64,000 bases of DNA from the NCBI GenBank assembly GCA_963558405.1, contig CAUWGC010000001.1:32001-96000 (forward strand). The letters run 5' to 3'. Under the pieces are notes generated by a model that was given only the letters and a program-made list of their open reading frames with translations, searched no databases and was not told the origin of the DNA. Made by a program: the position numbers and the translations under genes. The DNA comes from an uncultured Clostridia bacterium (GTDB taxonomy: Bacteria; Bacillota; Clostridia; TANB77; CAG-508). Every line of letters begins with the position of its first letter. The stretch's first letter is position 1. This document shows, piece after piece, positions 43,268-54,424 of the stretch.

Positions 43268-43945
43268 ATGAAAGAGAATTTATTTAGTTTATTAGAAAAT
43301 GGTAGTCAATTAACGATAGAAGAGATGGTAGTTCATATTATAATGTCGTTAATATTAGGTTTTGCAATATTTTTATCCTACAAATTAACTCATACAGGAA
43401 CAATTTATAGCAAAAAATTTAACACTTCACTAGTAATACTTGCAACGCTTACTGGAATGGTAATGACTGTTATTGGAAATAATGTAGCTTTATCTTTAGG
43501 TATGGTTGGTGCATTATCAATTGTAAGATTTAGAACAGCAATAAAAGATTCTAGAGATACAGTATATATTTTTTGGGCAATAATAGTTGGTATTTGTTGT
43601 GGTGTTGGAGATTATACTGTTGCTGCAATAGGTAGTATAGCAGTATTTATTATTGCTTTAATTTTAGGTAGAGTAAAAAATGATGAAAGAATTTTATTAA
43701 TAATAAGAGCAGGAAAAGTATTAGAAAGAAATGTAGAAGCAACAGTATTTAAGTATTTTGAGAGAAAAGCAATTCTAAAAGTTAAAAATACCACACAAGA
43801 AAATGTAGAATTTATATATGAACTATCAAGTAAAACATATAACCTTGTAAATAAAAAAGAAAAAAATATCACAGATTTATTATATGAATTAGGTGCAGTA
43901 GAATATGTTAATATCGTAACTCAAAGTGATGAAATTAGTGGATAG
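43268..43945 (+). CDS. DUF4956 membrane protein
   Basis: SLGMVGALSIVRFRTAIKD motif. Confidence 0.9.
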   Translation: MKENLFSLLENGSQLTIEEMVVHIIMSLILGFAIFLSYKLTHTGTIYSKKFNTSLVILATLTGMVMTVIGNNVALSLGMVGALSIVRFRTAIKDSRDTVYIFWAIIVGICCGVGDYTVAAIGSIAVFIIALILGRVKNDERILLIIRAGKVLERNVEATVFKYFERKAILKVKNTTQENVEFIYELSSKTYNLVNKKEKNITDLLYELGAVEYVNIVTQSDEISG

Positions 43946-43954
43946 TGGTTAAAA

Positions 43955-45376
43955 ATGAAAAATAAAATAATTTATTTAGTAACATGTATAATTTTACTAT
44001 GTGTGGTAATATTTGTGAATACAGTAGATGTTAAAGAAAATAATAGAATTCATCAACATTTAAGTAATAAAAAAGAAGTAAAAACAGATAATGTAGATGA
44101 ATTTAATACTCACCTTCCAATTGTTACAATAGATACAAATGGATTAGAAATTCCTGGAGAAGCAAGAGATGGAAGTACAATAAATTCAAACATAAAAATA
44201 TATGATGATGAAACTAAAAATAATTATTTATCAGATGCTCCAAAAATAACAACAGTAGCTACAATTAGAGCTAGAGGAAATTCATCATTACGTTTTGATA
44301 AAAAAGGATATTTATTAAAATTTATAAATGAGGATGGTAGTGAAAATAAGCAGGAAGTAATGGGAATGGATAGCCATGATGAGTGGATTCTTAATGGACC
44401 TTTCTTAGATAAAACTTTAATACGTAACTATATGTGTTACAATATTTCTGCTGAGATAATGGGATATGCTCCTAATGTAAGATTTTGTGAAGTATTTATA
44501 AATAATCAATATAAAGGTTTATACCTTATGCTAGAATCTATAACCAGAAGTGATAATGGAAGAATTGATATTTCAAAATATGAAGAAAAAAATAATTATA
44601 CGGGTTATATTGTAAGAATTGATAGGGGAAGCTCTGATGAAATGCAAAATGTTAATTCATTAATCAAATACGGAAAATTAGTACCTGAAACAACATATAT
44701 AGATATTATTTATCCACCCAAAACAAAGCTTAATGAAAAAATAAAACTATATATAGAAAGAGATATGAGTAAATTAGATAAGGCTCTTTATTCTTTTGAC
44801 TATGATGAAGCAGAATATGGTTACGAAAATTATATCAATACTGATAATTTTGTTGATTATTTTATTATTAATGAGTTCACACAAAATTATGATGCAGGAG
44901 GTCTATCAACATATCTCTATAAAGACGTAAGAGGAAAATTTAATTTATGTGTATGGGATTTTAATAATGCATTTGACAACTATCAAGAATCTAGTACCAA
45001 AGATAGAAATTTTGAAATGAGAGACAAACCATATTTTTATATGTTAACCAAAGATGAAAAATTTAATAAAAAAGTAATAGAAAGATTTAGAGAATTAAGA
45101 AAAACATATTTTAGCGAAGAATATTTGATGAATTATATTGATGAAACAATTGCATTTTTAGGAGATGCTATAGATAGGAATTTTGAAGTATGGGGGTATT
45201 CATTTAATAACGATTGTAAAATGTTAACACCTATTGAGAGAAATTTACATAGCTATGATGAAGCTGTTAGCCAATTAAAAAAATTTATAAAAAGCAGATG
45301 TGCTTATTTAGATGAAAACATAGAATCGTTACTTCAATTTTCACATGAATCAGCTGTAAAAACATATAATCATTAG
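43955..45376 (+). CDS. CotH-family kinase
   Basis: RGNSS, KKGY, DKTLIRN, YKGLY..E, WDFNNAF. Confidence 0.88.
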   Translation: MKNKIIYLVTCIILLCVVIFVNTVDVKENNRIHQHLSNKKEVKTDNVDEFNTHLPIVTIDTNGLEIPGEARDGSTINSNIKIYDDETKNNYLSDAPKITTVATIRARGNSSLRFDKKGYLLKFINEDGSENKQEVMGMDSHDEWILNGPFLDKTLIRNYMCYNISAEIMGYAPNVRFCEVFINNQYKGLYLMLESITRSDNGRIDISKYEEKNNYTGYIVRIDRGSSDEMQNVNSLIKYGKLVPETTYIDIIYPPKTKLNEKIKLYIERDMSKLDKALYSFDYDEAEYGYENYINTDNFVDYFIINEFTQNYDAGGLSTYLYKDVRGKFNLCVWDFNNAFDNYQESSTKDRNFEMRDKPYFYMLTKDEKFNKKVIERFRELRKTYFSEEYLMNYIDETIAFLGDAIDRNFEVWGYSFNNDCKMLTPIERNLHSYDEAVSQLKKFIKSRCAYLDENIESLLQFSHESAVKTYNH

Positions 45377-45386
45377 GAGGGAAAAC

Positions 45387-47519
45387 TTGAAAAAGTTTAT
45401 TATCATTTGTGGAATAATAATAATTGGTATTATCTTAGGAGATATATTATTTTATCGATATGGATTTTTTATAGATTTTAATCCTAAAAAAGAGGTTACG
45501 ACACAGATAAAAACAGAAGGAAAGAAAATCTATCTAAATAAAGGAAATGGATATAATGAATTTGAAATAAAAGGCGTAGATTTAGGTGCAAGTATACCAG
45601 GGCATTTTGCTACAGATTATGCAATAGATAAAGAAACTTATTTGCGATGGTTTAAATTAATACAAGAGATGGGAGCAAATACGATTAGAGTGTATACAAT
45701 TTTGCATGATGACTTTTATGATGCTATATATGAATATAATAAAGATAATGATAATCCATTATATGTCATACATGGTATATGGGTAAATGATTATGTATTA
45801 TACTCACATCATACAGGTTATGATAAAGAATTTCTTGGAGCATTATTGGAAGATTCAAAGATTCTAGTAGATATATTACATGGAAAAAGAAAAATAAATG
45901 AGAATGAGGCTTATGGTAATGGTATCTATACCCATGATATATCTGATTGGGTAATAGGCTATATAATAGGTGTTGAATGGGAAGGAATTACAGTAGCCTA
46001 TACTGATTTTATGGAACAAGACAAATCAAGCTATAATGGAAAGTATATGTACACTACAGAACAAGCAACACCTTTTGAGGCTATGCTTGCACAAGTAGGA
46101 GATAAAATTTTTGAATATGAAACATCTAGATATAAAACGCAGAAATTAGTTGCATTTTCTAATTGGCCAACAACAGATCCTATTGATTATCCGGAAAATA
46201 TAACAACATATTTTCATAAATGTTCAAAGGTAGATGTAGAACATATAAAAACAACTGATAAAGTAATATCAGGAACTTTTGCATCTTATCATATATATCC
46301 ATATTTCCCTGATTATATGGATTTTATGGATAATGTACAAGAATTTAAAGATGAAACTGGTACAATTAATACATATAGAAAATATTTAGAAGTTTTAAAT
46401 CAGCATCATGAGATACCTGTTATTATATCTGAATTCGGAGTACCATCATCAAGAGGTATGGGACAAAGGGATAAAAATACAGGAAGAAACCAAGGAGGAA
46501 TGTCAGAAACTCAGCAAGGAGAAGCAATTATCAAATGTTATGATGATATAAAGAAATCAGGATGTTCAGGTAGTATAATATTTATGTGGCAAGATGAATG
46601 GTCAAAAAAAACATGGAATACTCTTAATTCGGTTAATCTTCAAAAAATTCCTTATTGGAGTGATTATCAAACAAATGAGCAATCATTTGGATTACTTTCG
46701 TTTGATCCAGGTAAAGAGAAGAGTGTATGTTATGTGGATGGGGATGTATCAGAATGGAATGATGAGGATTTAGTTTCAGGAAATGATAATTTAAATATTT
46801 CAATGAAATATGATGAAAAATTTATATATTTTAAAGTAAATAAAAAAGATTATAAAGAAACAGATATTTTATACATTCCAATAGATACCACACCAAAAAC
46901 AGGGAGTGATTATTGCTCAAATTATGATATTAAATTTGAAAATAATGTGGATTTTGTTATTGCTATAGATGGCAAGGAAAATAGCAGGGTATTAGTACAA
47001 GAAAGATATGAAATATTGCGCGCAATGTCAAGCTATGAGGTATATGGCGTGGATGCATATGTTGATGCACCAAGTAAAATGACATCAAACTTTAAGCAAA
47101 TTAATTTACTATTAAAAACAGGTAAAAGGTCAGAAGAAGAAGAAAAAATGATTAAACCTGAAACTTATGAAACAGGTAAGTTAACATATGGAAAAGCAAA
47201 TCCAGAAGCAGAAAATTTTAATTCGCTAGCAGATTTTTGCATTAATGGAGACAATATAGAAATAAAAATACCATGGCAATTATTAAATTTTTCAAATCCA
47301 TCAGAAATGATGATTCATGATGATTATTATAAAAATTATGGAGTAGAAGAAATACAAATTGATAAAATGTATGTGGGAATAGGAACAAATGAGAATAAAA
47401 ATGAAAGAATAGAAATGGATGATTTTTCATTAGTAGGATGGGGCAAAAATGTAACATATCATGAAAGACTAAAAGAATCATATTACATGATAAAAGAAGT
47501 GTGGACCCAAAATCCATAA
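45387..47519 (+). CDS. Putative TIM-barrel glycoside hydrolase associated with GT2 operons
   Basis: IKGVDLG, MGANTIRVYT, SYHIYPY, ISEFGVP, WQDEW; N-terminal TM. Confidence 0.75.
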   Translation: MKKFIIICGIIIIGIILGDILFYRYGFFIDFNPKKEVTTQIKTEGKKIYLNKGNGYNEFEIKGVDLGASIPGHFATDYAIDKETYLRWFKLIQEMGANTIRVYTILHDDFYDAIYEYNKDNDNPLYVIHGIWVNDYVLYSHHTGYDKEFLGALLEDSKILVDILHGKRKINENEAYGNGIYTHDISDWVIGYIIGVEWEGITVAYTDFMEQDKSSYNGKYMYTTEQATPFEAMLAQVGDKIFEYETSRYKTQKLVAFSNWPTTDPIDYPENITTYFHKCSKVDVEHIKTTDKVISGTFASYHIYPYFPDYMDFMDNVQEFKDETGTINTYRKYLEVLNQHHEIPVIISEFGVPSSRGMGQRDKNTGRNQGGMSETQQGEAIIKCYDDIKKSGCSGSIIFMWQDEWSKKTWNTLNSVNLQKIPYWSDYQTNEQSFGLLSFDPGKEKSVCYVDGDVSEWNDEDLVSGNDNLNISMKYDEKFIYFKVNKKDYKETDILYIPIDTTPKTGSDYCSNYDIKFENNVDFVIAIDGKENSRVLVQERYEILRAMSSYEVYGVDAYVDAPSKMTSNFKQINLLLKTGKRSEEEEKMIKPETYETGKLTYGKANPEAENFNSLADFCINGDNIEIKIPWQLLNFSNPSEMMIHDDYYKNYGVEEIQIDKMYVGIGTNENKNERIEMDDFSLVGWGKNVTYHERLKESYYMIKEVWTQNP

Positions 47520-47525
47520 GGGGGA

Positions 47526-48629
47526 ATGTTTATGGTAAAAATACAATATCTTATATATCTATATATGGCATTATGTGCATGTATGATGATATATAACATA
47601 GTGTATACATTGTACAATCGAACCACAGAAAGAAATATAGAAAAGCAAAAAAATGGATTTATAAAGAAAATAAAAAATCAAATTAGTTTAGTAGAAAGTG
47701 GCATAACTCTTTTACCAAAACATAGAAAATACTTATACAATAAATTAAAAAGGACACATAATTTATTACTTTTTGAGCAAATTTTAGATGAACAAACACA
47801 AGAAATAAGAAAAAAATACATAGAAAATATAGAAAATATTTTTTGTGAATTAGCAATATATTATCAAAATTCAGATAATATAAAGAAAGCCTATTTTGCA
47901 TATATAGTTGGAAAATATAAAATAGAACATAATACAATAACAAATACTTTATTTATGTTTTTAGATGAGGAAGCTATGTATTGCAGAGATAATAGTATAA
48001 AAGCAATTGTAAGACTTGGAAAGATTAATAATATAATAAAGGTTTTTAAAGAGATAAGTAAAAGTAGTTATTATTATAGCGTGGAAATGTTATTTGAAAA
48101 TTTATTAAAATTCGATGGAGACAAAGAAATATTATCAGAAAAAATGTGGCAAGAATTTTGGGAATTTAATAAAAATATACAGATAGCAATAATAAAGTTT
48201 ATAACTAAATCTAAACTTAATTATTCAGAAGAATTTTTAAGATTACTAAATAATAAAGAAATTAACAATGAAATAAAAGTAGAATTAATAAAATATTTTA
48301 AAGATAATACTTGTCCTGAAGTTGAAAGTTTACTAATTAATTATACTAAATATACAGGCATTTTGAACAGAGAATTAGTAATAGAATCTGCCAAAATATT
48401 AAGTGCATATAACAGTATAGAGGTAAAAGATGCATTAAAGGAATTATTAAAAAGAAATGATTGGGATATAAGAATGGTAGCTTCAGAAAGTTTATCAATT
48501 TTAGGTACAAGTTATTATGAATTAGCAGATATATATAATAGTGAAGACAATGTAGCAAGAAGAATTTTAAGATATAAAATTCAAAATTACAAATATACAA
48601 ATATGAATCCAAAAATAGAGGTGAGTTAA
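47526..48629 (+). CDS. HEAT-repeat protein with N-terminal TM
   Basis: Helical repeats, e.g. LLKRNDWDIRMVASESL. Confidence 0.7.
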   Translation: MFMVKIQYLIYLYMALCACMMIYNIVYTLYNRTTERNIEKQKNGFIKKIKNQISLVESGITLLPKHRKYLYNKLKRTHNLLLFEQILDEQTQEIRKKYIENIENIFCELAIYYQNSDNIKKAYFAYIVGKYKIEHNTITNTLFMFLDEEAMYCRDNSIKAIVRLGKINNIIKVFKEISKSSYYYSVEMLFENLLKFDGDKEILSEKMWQEFWEFNKNIQIAIIKFITKSKLNYSEEFLRLLNNKEINNEIKVELIKYFKDNTCPEVESLLINYTKYTGILNRELVIESAKILSAYNSIEVKDALKELLKRNDWDIRMVASESLSILGTSYYELADIYNSEDNVARRILRYKIQNYKYTNMNPKIEVS

Positions 48630-50045
48630 ATGACTATAGAAGTAATAAAATTTATACTAAATATAGTAGAAATATTTTTTATAATATACTTAATAGGATA
48701 TTCTTCTTTTTTATTTATTTCAGTAGTTATTGGCTCCATAACGTTATACAAACAAAAAAGATTAAAAAAATTAAAAGAAAAATTAGAAACAAATTATGAT
48801 ATACCTGTATCTATAATAGTTCCAGCTCATAATGAAGAAATAACAGTAATAGATACTGTAAATTCTTTACTAGAATTAGAATACAGTAAATATGAAATAA
48901 TAGTAGTAGACGACGGTTCAAAAGATTCAACATCAAGAAAATTAATAGAATATTTTGAAATGCATAAGGTAAATAGACCAATAGAAAAGGTTATAAAGTG
49001 CAAACAAGAAGAATATGTATATGAAACAAATTCTTTAAAAGTACCACTAACCGTAGTAAGAAAAAGAAATGGTGGAAAAGCAGATGCACTTAATATGGGA
49101 ATTAACTTATCACAATACCCATATTTTATATGTATGGATGCAGATTCTGTACTTCAATATGATTCATTAAAAAATATAACACTACCTTTTAGAGAAAGAG
49201 AAGATATTGTGGCATGTGGAGGATTAATAAGAATATCAAATGATATTGAGTTTGAAAAAGGTAGAGTAAAAAAATACAGATTACCTAAAAAAGTATTAAC
49301 AGCTATGCAAGTGTTAGAATATGATAGATCATTTTTTGCCTCAAGAATTATGCTAGATGGATTTAATGGTAATTTAATTATTTCCGGAGCATTTGGATTG
49401 TTTAAAAAAGAAATAGTGGTAGCAGTAGGAGGTTATGATACAAATACTGTTGGAGAAGATATGGAGTTAGTTATGAAGTTACATGTTTTCTTAAAATTAA
49501 ATAAAATACCATATTCAATAAAATATGTTCCAGATGCTATATGTTGGAGCCAAGCACCAGAAAAATTAGGGGACTTAATTAAACAGAGAAGAAGATGGCA
49601 TATGGGACTATTCCAAAGTATAGGAAAATATAAAGAAATGTTTTTAAATATGAAATTTGGAACTTTAAGTTTTATATCCTATTTATATTTTTTAATATAT
49701 GAATTGTTATCACCACTTATAGAAATAACGGGAATTGTAGTAACTATTATTTCATTTATGGTAAATTTAATAAATGTGAACTTTATGATAATATTTTTCT
49801 TGCTATATGCAGCTTTTGGAGCGATTCTTTCACTTACAATTTTCTTGGCAAGGGTATATGTACAAGATAGTAAATTAAGTTTTATAGATTTTATTAGGGC
49901 GTTGTTTTTATGCTTTATAGAAATAGCAGGATTAAGACAAATAATGTCAATAGCAAGAATGACGGCATTTATAGGATACAAAAAGAGAAAATTACAATGG
50001 GAAGATTTAACTAGAAAAGAACAAAAAATTACAATTAACAGCTAA
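48630..50045 (+). CDS. Processive GT2 glycosyltransferase (IcaA/PgaC-like)
   Basis: PAHNEE, VDDGS, KADALN, DADS, GED, QRRRW; C-terminal TMs. Confidence 0.93.
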   Translation: MTIEVIKFILNIVEIFFIIYLIGYSSFLFISVVIGSITLYKQKRLKKLKEKLETNYDIPVSIIVPAHNEEITVIDTVNSLLELEYSKYEIIVVDDGSKDSTSRKLIEYFEMHKVNRPIEKVIKCKQEEYVYETNSLKVPLTVVRKRNGGKADALNMGINLSQYPYFICMDADSVLQYDSLKNITLPFREREDIVACGGLIRISNDIEFEKGRVKKYRLPKKVLTAMQVLEYDRSFFASRIMLDGFNGNLIISGAFGLFKKEIVVAVGGYDTNTVGEDMELVMKLHVFLKLNKIPYSIKYVPDAICWSQAPEKLGDLIKQRRRWHMGLFQSIGKYKEMFLNMKFGTLSFISYLYFLIYELLSPLIEITGIVVTIISFMVNLINVNFMIIFFLLYAAFGAILSLTIFLARVYVQDSKLSFIDFIRALFLCFIEIAGLRQIMSIARMTAFIGYKKRKLQWEDLTRKEQKITINS

Positions 50046-50136
50046 CAAATATAAATACTTCTTAGTTTTAAAATAATATATAGTAGTGAATTGCGTTGAT
50101 TGATTATATAATAGAAATCGTAAAGAGGGGAGATTA

Positions 50137-52068
50137 ATGTTTAAATTGTTAAGTAAAAGTAATTTTAAAATAAAAGTAATAATGTTTATTTTTACGATTG
50201 TTCTTATATTATGTAATAGTGTTGTTTATGCAGAAGAACAAATTTATACAAAAACGGAATTGGAATACATAGAAAATCATAAAAAAATTTATATTGCAGG
50301 GAATCAAAATTTAGAACCAGTAGAATCATATGATGGGGAAAAATATATAGGAATATTACCAGATATATTTGACGAAATATCAAATATATCTGGAATAGAG
50401 TTCGTTTATATAAACGGCAATCAAAATTGGAAGGAGTATGCTCAAAACAATCAAGTTGAGATTGTATCAGGAATTGAAGCAGGAATGAATTTAGAGCAAT
50501 ATGGTTTAAAAAATAGTATAGAACTTGTAAACCTACCTTCAGAAAATGAAGAAAAAATAATTTCAATTGCTTTTACAGAAATTGTAGATGACCAACTTAT
50601 AGAAATTATAAAAAAATCATTAAACCAAATAACTGAATTTGAAAAACAAAAAATTATTATTTCAAATGCAACTGAAGAAATATCAAATGTTGGATTATTT
50701 CATTCACTAATTTCAATAGGTTTAGTATTATTCATTATTAGTTTAATATTTTTTATACTATACAAAAAATATAAAAAAGAAGCCATAAAAGCAAAATATG
50801 TTGATAATATTACTCATATGGGTAACTATCAATTAATGGAAAAAAATTTTAACAACATTATTACAGATAATAACAGAACATCATATTGTATAGTAAATAT
50901 AGGTATTGATGTTGAACATATTGAAAAATTATATGGATATGCAGAAGTGGAAAAAATTTTAAAAGATGTTTCATGCATATTAAGCAAAAATATAAATAAA
51001 CATGAATTATATGCAAGAATATATAAAGAATCTTTTGTAATAATGGCTGATTATACATCCGAAAAGAATATAATAGAGAGAATAACTATAATGATAAATG
51101 AATTAAAAGATCAAGTAAGTGATAAAAATAAAGCGTATAGATTAAATATATATGCTGGAATATATGTTTTAAATCAAACTGATACTATTTTAGATAAAGC
51201 AGTATATAAGGCAATGTTAGCAAAAAATTCAGCTAAAGAACAAGGAACTTTAGTAAAAATGTGTACACAAGCTTTAATAATGAAAACAAAAAAAGAAAAT
51301 AGTTTAGAAAATGAAATGTTAACTGCACTAAATAATGATGAATTTTTAACATATGTACAACCTATGATAGATATAAAAACTGGAAAAACACAGTGTCTAG
51401 AAGCTTTGGCAAGATGGGAAAGTCCAAAAATGGGATTGGTTAAACCAAGTACATTTATATCTATATTTGAAAATAACAATATAATAGATAAGTTGGATTT
51501 TCAAATGTATGAAAATATATGCAAAATGTTATCAAAAATTTTACAAAATAATGAAGAAATTTCTACGGTATTTTGCAACTTTTCTAAAAAAACTATTGAA
51601 AAGAAAAACTTTTTTGATGAATTAGAAAAAATAGCCGAAAAATATAATGTTCCAAAACAATATATAGGAATTATAATACATGAAAAAATGATAGATTATA
51701 ATATGTTGAATTTAAGTATATTTATTAAAAAGTTAAAAGATATTGGATTTTCAATTTTATTAGATGATTTTGACTCGTCTGTATTTTCTTTTAAGGAGAT
51801 AGAACAACTTCATATTGATTATGTAAAGATTTCTTCAAAATTAATTGAAAATTTGGATGATATAAAAACTGTTCAAATTATTAGAAAAATTGTAGAAACA
51901 TTTCATGAATTGAATATAGAAGTTATTTGTAAAGATTTTAGCAAAACAGGAGAAAATAAGCAAATATTAGAAGAAGTTGGTTCTGTTATTATACAAGGAA
52001 GTGCATATTATCCGCCAGTTCCGATAGAAGAATTTACTTCTGAATATATGGCTTTTTCAAATTTTTAA
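50137..52068 (+). CDS. Extracellular PBPb-like sensor with degenerate GGDEF and EAL domains
   Basis: Signal/TM; ARIYKESF replaces GGDEF; QP..EALARW retained; DDFDSS; IQG. Confidence 0.85.
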   Translation: MFKLLSKSNFKIKVIMFIFTIVLILCNSVVYAEEQIYTKTELEYIENHKKIYIAGNQNLEPVESYDGEKYIGILPDIFDEISNISGIEFVYINGNQNWKEYAQNNQVEIVSGIEAGMNLEQYGLKNSIELVNLPSENEEKIISIAFTEIVDDQLIEIIKKSLNQITEFEKQKIIISNATEEISNVGLFHSLISIGLVLFIISLIFFILYKKYKKEAIKAKYVDNITHMGNYQLMEKNFNNIITDNNRTSYCIVNIGIDVEHIEKLYGYAEVEKILKDVSCILSKNINKHELYARIYKESFVIMADYTSEKNIIERITIMINELKDQVSDKNKAYRLNIYAGIYVLNQTDTILDKAVYKAMLAKNSAKEQGTLVKMCTQALIMKTKKENSLENEMLTALNNDEFLTYVQPMIDIKTGKTQCLEALARWESPKMGLVKPSTFISIFENNNIIDKLDFQMYENICKMLSKILQNNEEISTVFCNFSKKTIEKKNFFDELEKIAEKYNVPKQYIGIIIHEKMIDYNMLNLSIFIKKLKDIGFSILLDDFDSSVFSFKEIEQLHIDYVKISSKLIENLDDIKTVQIIRKIVETFHELNIEVICKDFSKTGENKQILEEVGSVIIQGSAYYPPVPIEEFTSEYMAFSNF

Positions 52069-52167
52069 TGCTTGACAATGGAAAATATAATTATCAAAAT
52101 TTTTCCAAAAACCCTTGATTTTATCATAAAAAAAGGGTATAATACTATTAGCAAATATAAATTGACA

Positions 52168-52193
52168 GAAGAGTGGGAACAAATCCCACTCTT
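52168..52193 (+). promoter_or_regulatory. rimP leader hairpin
   Basis: AAGAGTGGG/CCCACTCTT stem just before the RBS, typical of Firmicutes rimP-nusA-infB operons. Confidence 0.7.
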
Positions 52194-52217
52194 TGGTTAT
52201 GTATAGGAGGAAGTTTT

Positions 52218-52676
52218 TTGAGTATAGAGGAAAAAACAGAGGGGTTAATTAAAAATAAAGTTGAGGAACTTGGTTATTCTTTATATGATGTGTATTATGT
52301 AAAAGAGGGAAAGGACTACTTTTTACGTGTTATTATTGACAATGTAGAAGGGATTAATTTAGAAGATTGTGAAAAAGTTAGTAATGCCATAAATCCTATT
52401 TTAGATGAAGCAGATTATATTAAAGAACAATATTTTTTGGAGGTATCTTCTCCAGGAATAGAAAAAGTTTTAAGAAAAGAAAAACATTTTGAAGAAGCTT
52501 TGGAAAAAGAAGTTGAAATAAGTTTGTTTAAACCATTAGATGGTCAAAAAATATTTTCTGGTATTTTAAAAGGATTTGATAAAGAAAATATAAAAATAGA
52601 AACAGAAAATATGGAAAAACAAATAGATAGAAAAAACATAGCTTTGATAAAAACAAAATATAATTGGGATGAATAA
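52218..52676 (+). CDS. rimP: Ribosome maturation factor RimP
   Basis: TTG after AGGAGG; LEDCEKVS, YFLEVSSPG. Confidence 0.95.
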   Translation: MSIEEKTEGLIKNKVEELGYSLYDVYYVKEGKDYFLRVIIDNVEGINLEDCEKVSNAINPILDEADYIKEQYFLEVSSPGIEKVLRKEKHFEEALEKEVEISLFKPLDGQKIFSGILKGFDKENIKIETENMEKQIDRKNIALIKTKYNWDE

Positions 52677-52701
52677 TATTAAATATATGTAAAAGGAGGA
52701 A

Positions 52702-53847
52702 TTGAGCAAAATGAAAAAAGCAAAATCAGTAGAAAACAAAGCAATTGATAACAAAGAATTAATTTTAGCAATGGAAGAACTAGAAAAAGAGAAAGGTATT
52801 AAAAAGGAGTATTTATTAGAATCTATTGAAACAGCTTTAGTAACAGCATATAAAAGAAATTTTGATTCTAAAGAAAATGTTCGTGTGGCAATGGATAAAG
52901 AAACAGGTGAGGTTCACCTTTATGCAGTAAAGGATGTATCAGAAGTAGTAGAGGATGGAAGTTTACAAATCAGCCTAGAAAATGCAAAAAAAATAAATCC
53001 AAGAGCAGAATTAGGTGATCAAGTAAATATTGAGCTTGCCCCAAAAGATTTTGGTAGAATTGCAGCAGGAACAGCAAAACAAGTTATAGTACAAAAGCTT
53101 CGTGAAGCAGAAAGAGAAGTTATTTTTACAGAGTTTAATGATAGAAAAGGAGAAATAGTTTCTGGAATTATTCAAAAAGCTGATGGAAATATTGTTGTAG
53201 TTGATTTAGGAAAATTAGAAGGAGTTATGCCACTAAAAGAACAAATTCCTACAGAAAAGTATCATGTAAATCAAAAAATAAGAGCAGTAGTAGTTTCTGT
53301 AGAAAAAGGGTTAAAGGGTGCTCCACAGGTAATAATTTCTAGAGCATCATCAGAGTTTGTAAGAAAATTATTTGAATTAGAAATTCCAGAGATATATGAA
53401 GGTTTAATAGAAATAAAAAGTGTATCAAGAGACCCGGGTTCTAGATGTAAAGTTGCAGTTTACTCTCAAAACGAAAATATAGATCCAGTAGGTTCTTGTG
53501 TAGGACAAAAAGGAATTCGTATTCAAAATATTATAAATGAACTAAATGGAGAAAAAATAGATGTTATAGAATGGGATAAAGACCCAATGATATTTATTTC
53601 AGCAGCACTTCTTCCAGCTGAGGTAATGGCAGTAGATATTAAAGAAGAAGAAAAATTTGCACAAGTAATTGTTCCAGATGATCAATTATCACTAGCAATT
53701 GGTAAAGTTGGACAAAATGCAAGATTAGCAGCTAAATTAACAAATTGGAAAATAGATATTAAATCAGAAAGTCAATTTAGAAAAATATTAGAAGAAAAAT
53801 CAAAAGAAAAAGAGGAAAATATAGAAGAAACTCCAAATGAAGAATAG
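52702..53847 (+). CDS. nusA: Transcription factor NusA
   Basis: FGRIAAGTAKQV, S1 and KH domains, LSLAIGKVGQNARLAAKLT. Confidence 0.98.
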   Translation: MSKMKKAKSVENKAIDNKELILAMEELEKEKGIKKEYLLESIETALVTAYKRNFDSKENVRVAMDKETGEVHLYAVKDVSEVVEDGSLQISLENAKKINPRAELGDQVNIELAPKDFGRIAAGTAKQVIVQKLREAEREVIFTEFNDRKGEIVSGIIQKADGNIVVVDLGKLEGVMPLKEQIPTEKYHVNQKIRAVVVSVEKGLKGAPQVIISRASSEFVRKLFELEIPEIYEGLIEIKSVSRDPGSRCKVAVYSQNENIDPVGSCVGQKGIRIQNIINELNGEKIDVIEWDKDPMIFISAALLPAEVMAVDIKEEEKFAQVIVPDDQLSLAIGKVGQNARLAAKLTNWKIDIKSESQFRKILEEKSKEKEENIEETPNEE

Positions 53848-53856
53848 GAGGATACA

Positions 53857-54117
53857 ATGAAAAAAATAATAAACAGAACTTGCATAGGTTGCAATACTAT
53901 TAAAGACAAAAGAGAATTAATTCGTATTGTAAAAGATAAAGAAGGAAATATCTCAATAGACCGTACAGGAAAGTTAAATGGTCGAGGAGCGTATATTTGT
54001 GATAATATAGAATGTTTTGAAAAAATGGTTAAGGCAAAAAAATTAGAAAAAACATTTGAAATGAAAATAGATAACGAAATATATGAAAAATTAAGAGGTG
54101 TAATACTTGATAAATAA
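53857..54117 (+). CDS. ylxR: YlxR/RnpM family RNA-binding protein
   Basis: RTCIGC, GRGAYIC; operon position. Confidence 0.92.
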   Translation: MKKIINRTCIGCNTIKDKRELIRIVKDKEGNISIDRTGKLNGRGAYICDNIECFEKMVKAKKLEKTFEMKIDNEIYEKLRGVILDK

Positions 54118-54424
54118 AGTATATGGATTGCTAGGACTAATGGCAAGAGCTAGAAAAATTACATACGGTGCTGATGCTTGTATAGATGAAATGAAAAAAC
54201 AAAAAATAAAATTAATTTTAGTTGCTGAGGATGCATCAGAAAAAACAAAAAAGAATTTTGAATATTATTGCAAAGAAAATGAAATTCCAATTGTTTTTTA
54301 CGGAAAGATTGAAGAAATTAGTAAGTCAATAGGAAAAATAAATAAAGCGATTATTGGTATTAAAGATACTGGAGTTGCAATTAAAATACAAGAAATTATT
54401 AATGGGGGTGAAGCTATTGGGTAA
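54107..54424 (+). CDS. L7Ae-family protein (YlxQ)
   Basis: [16 protein letters not shown]; operon position. Confidence 0.9.
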   Translation: MINKVYGLLGLMARARKITYGADACIDEMKKQKIKLILVAEDASEKTKKNFEYYCKENEIPIVFYGKIEEISKSIGKINKAIIGIKDTGVAIKIQEIINGGEAIG

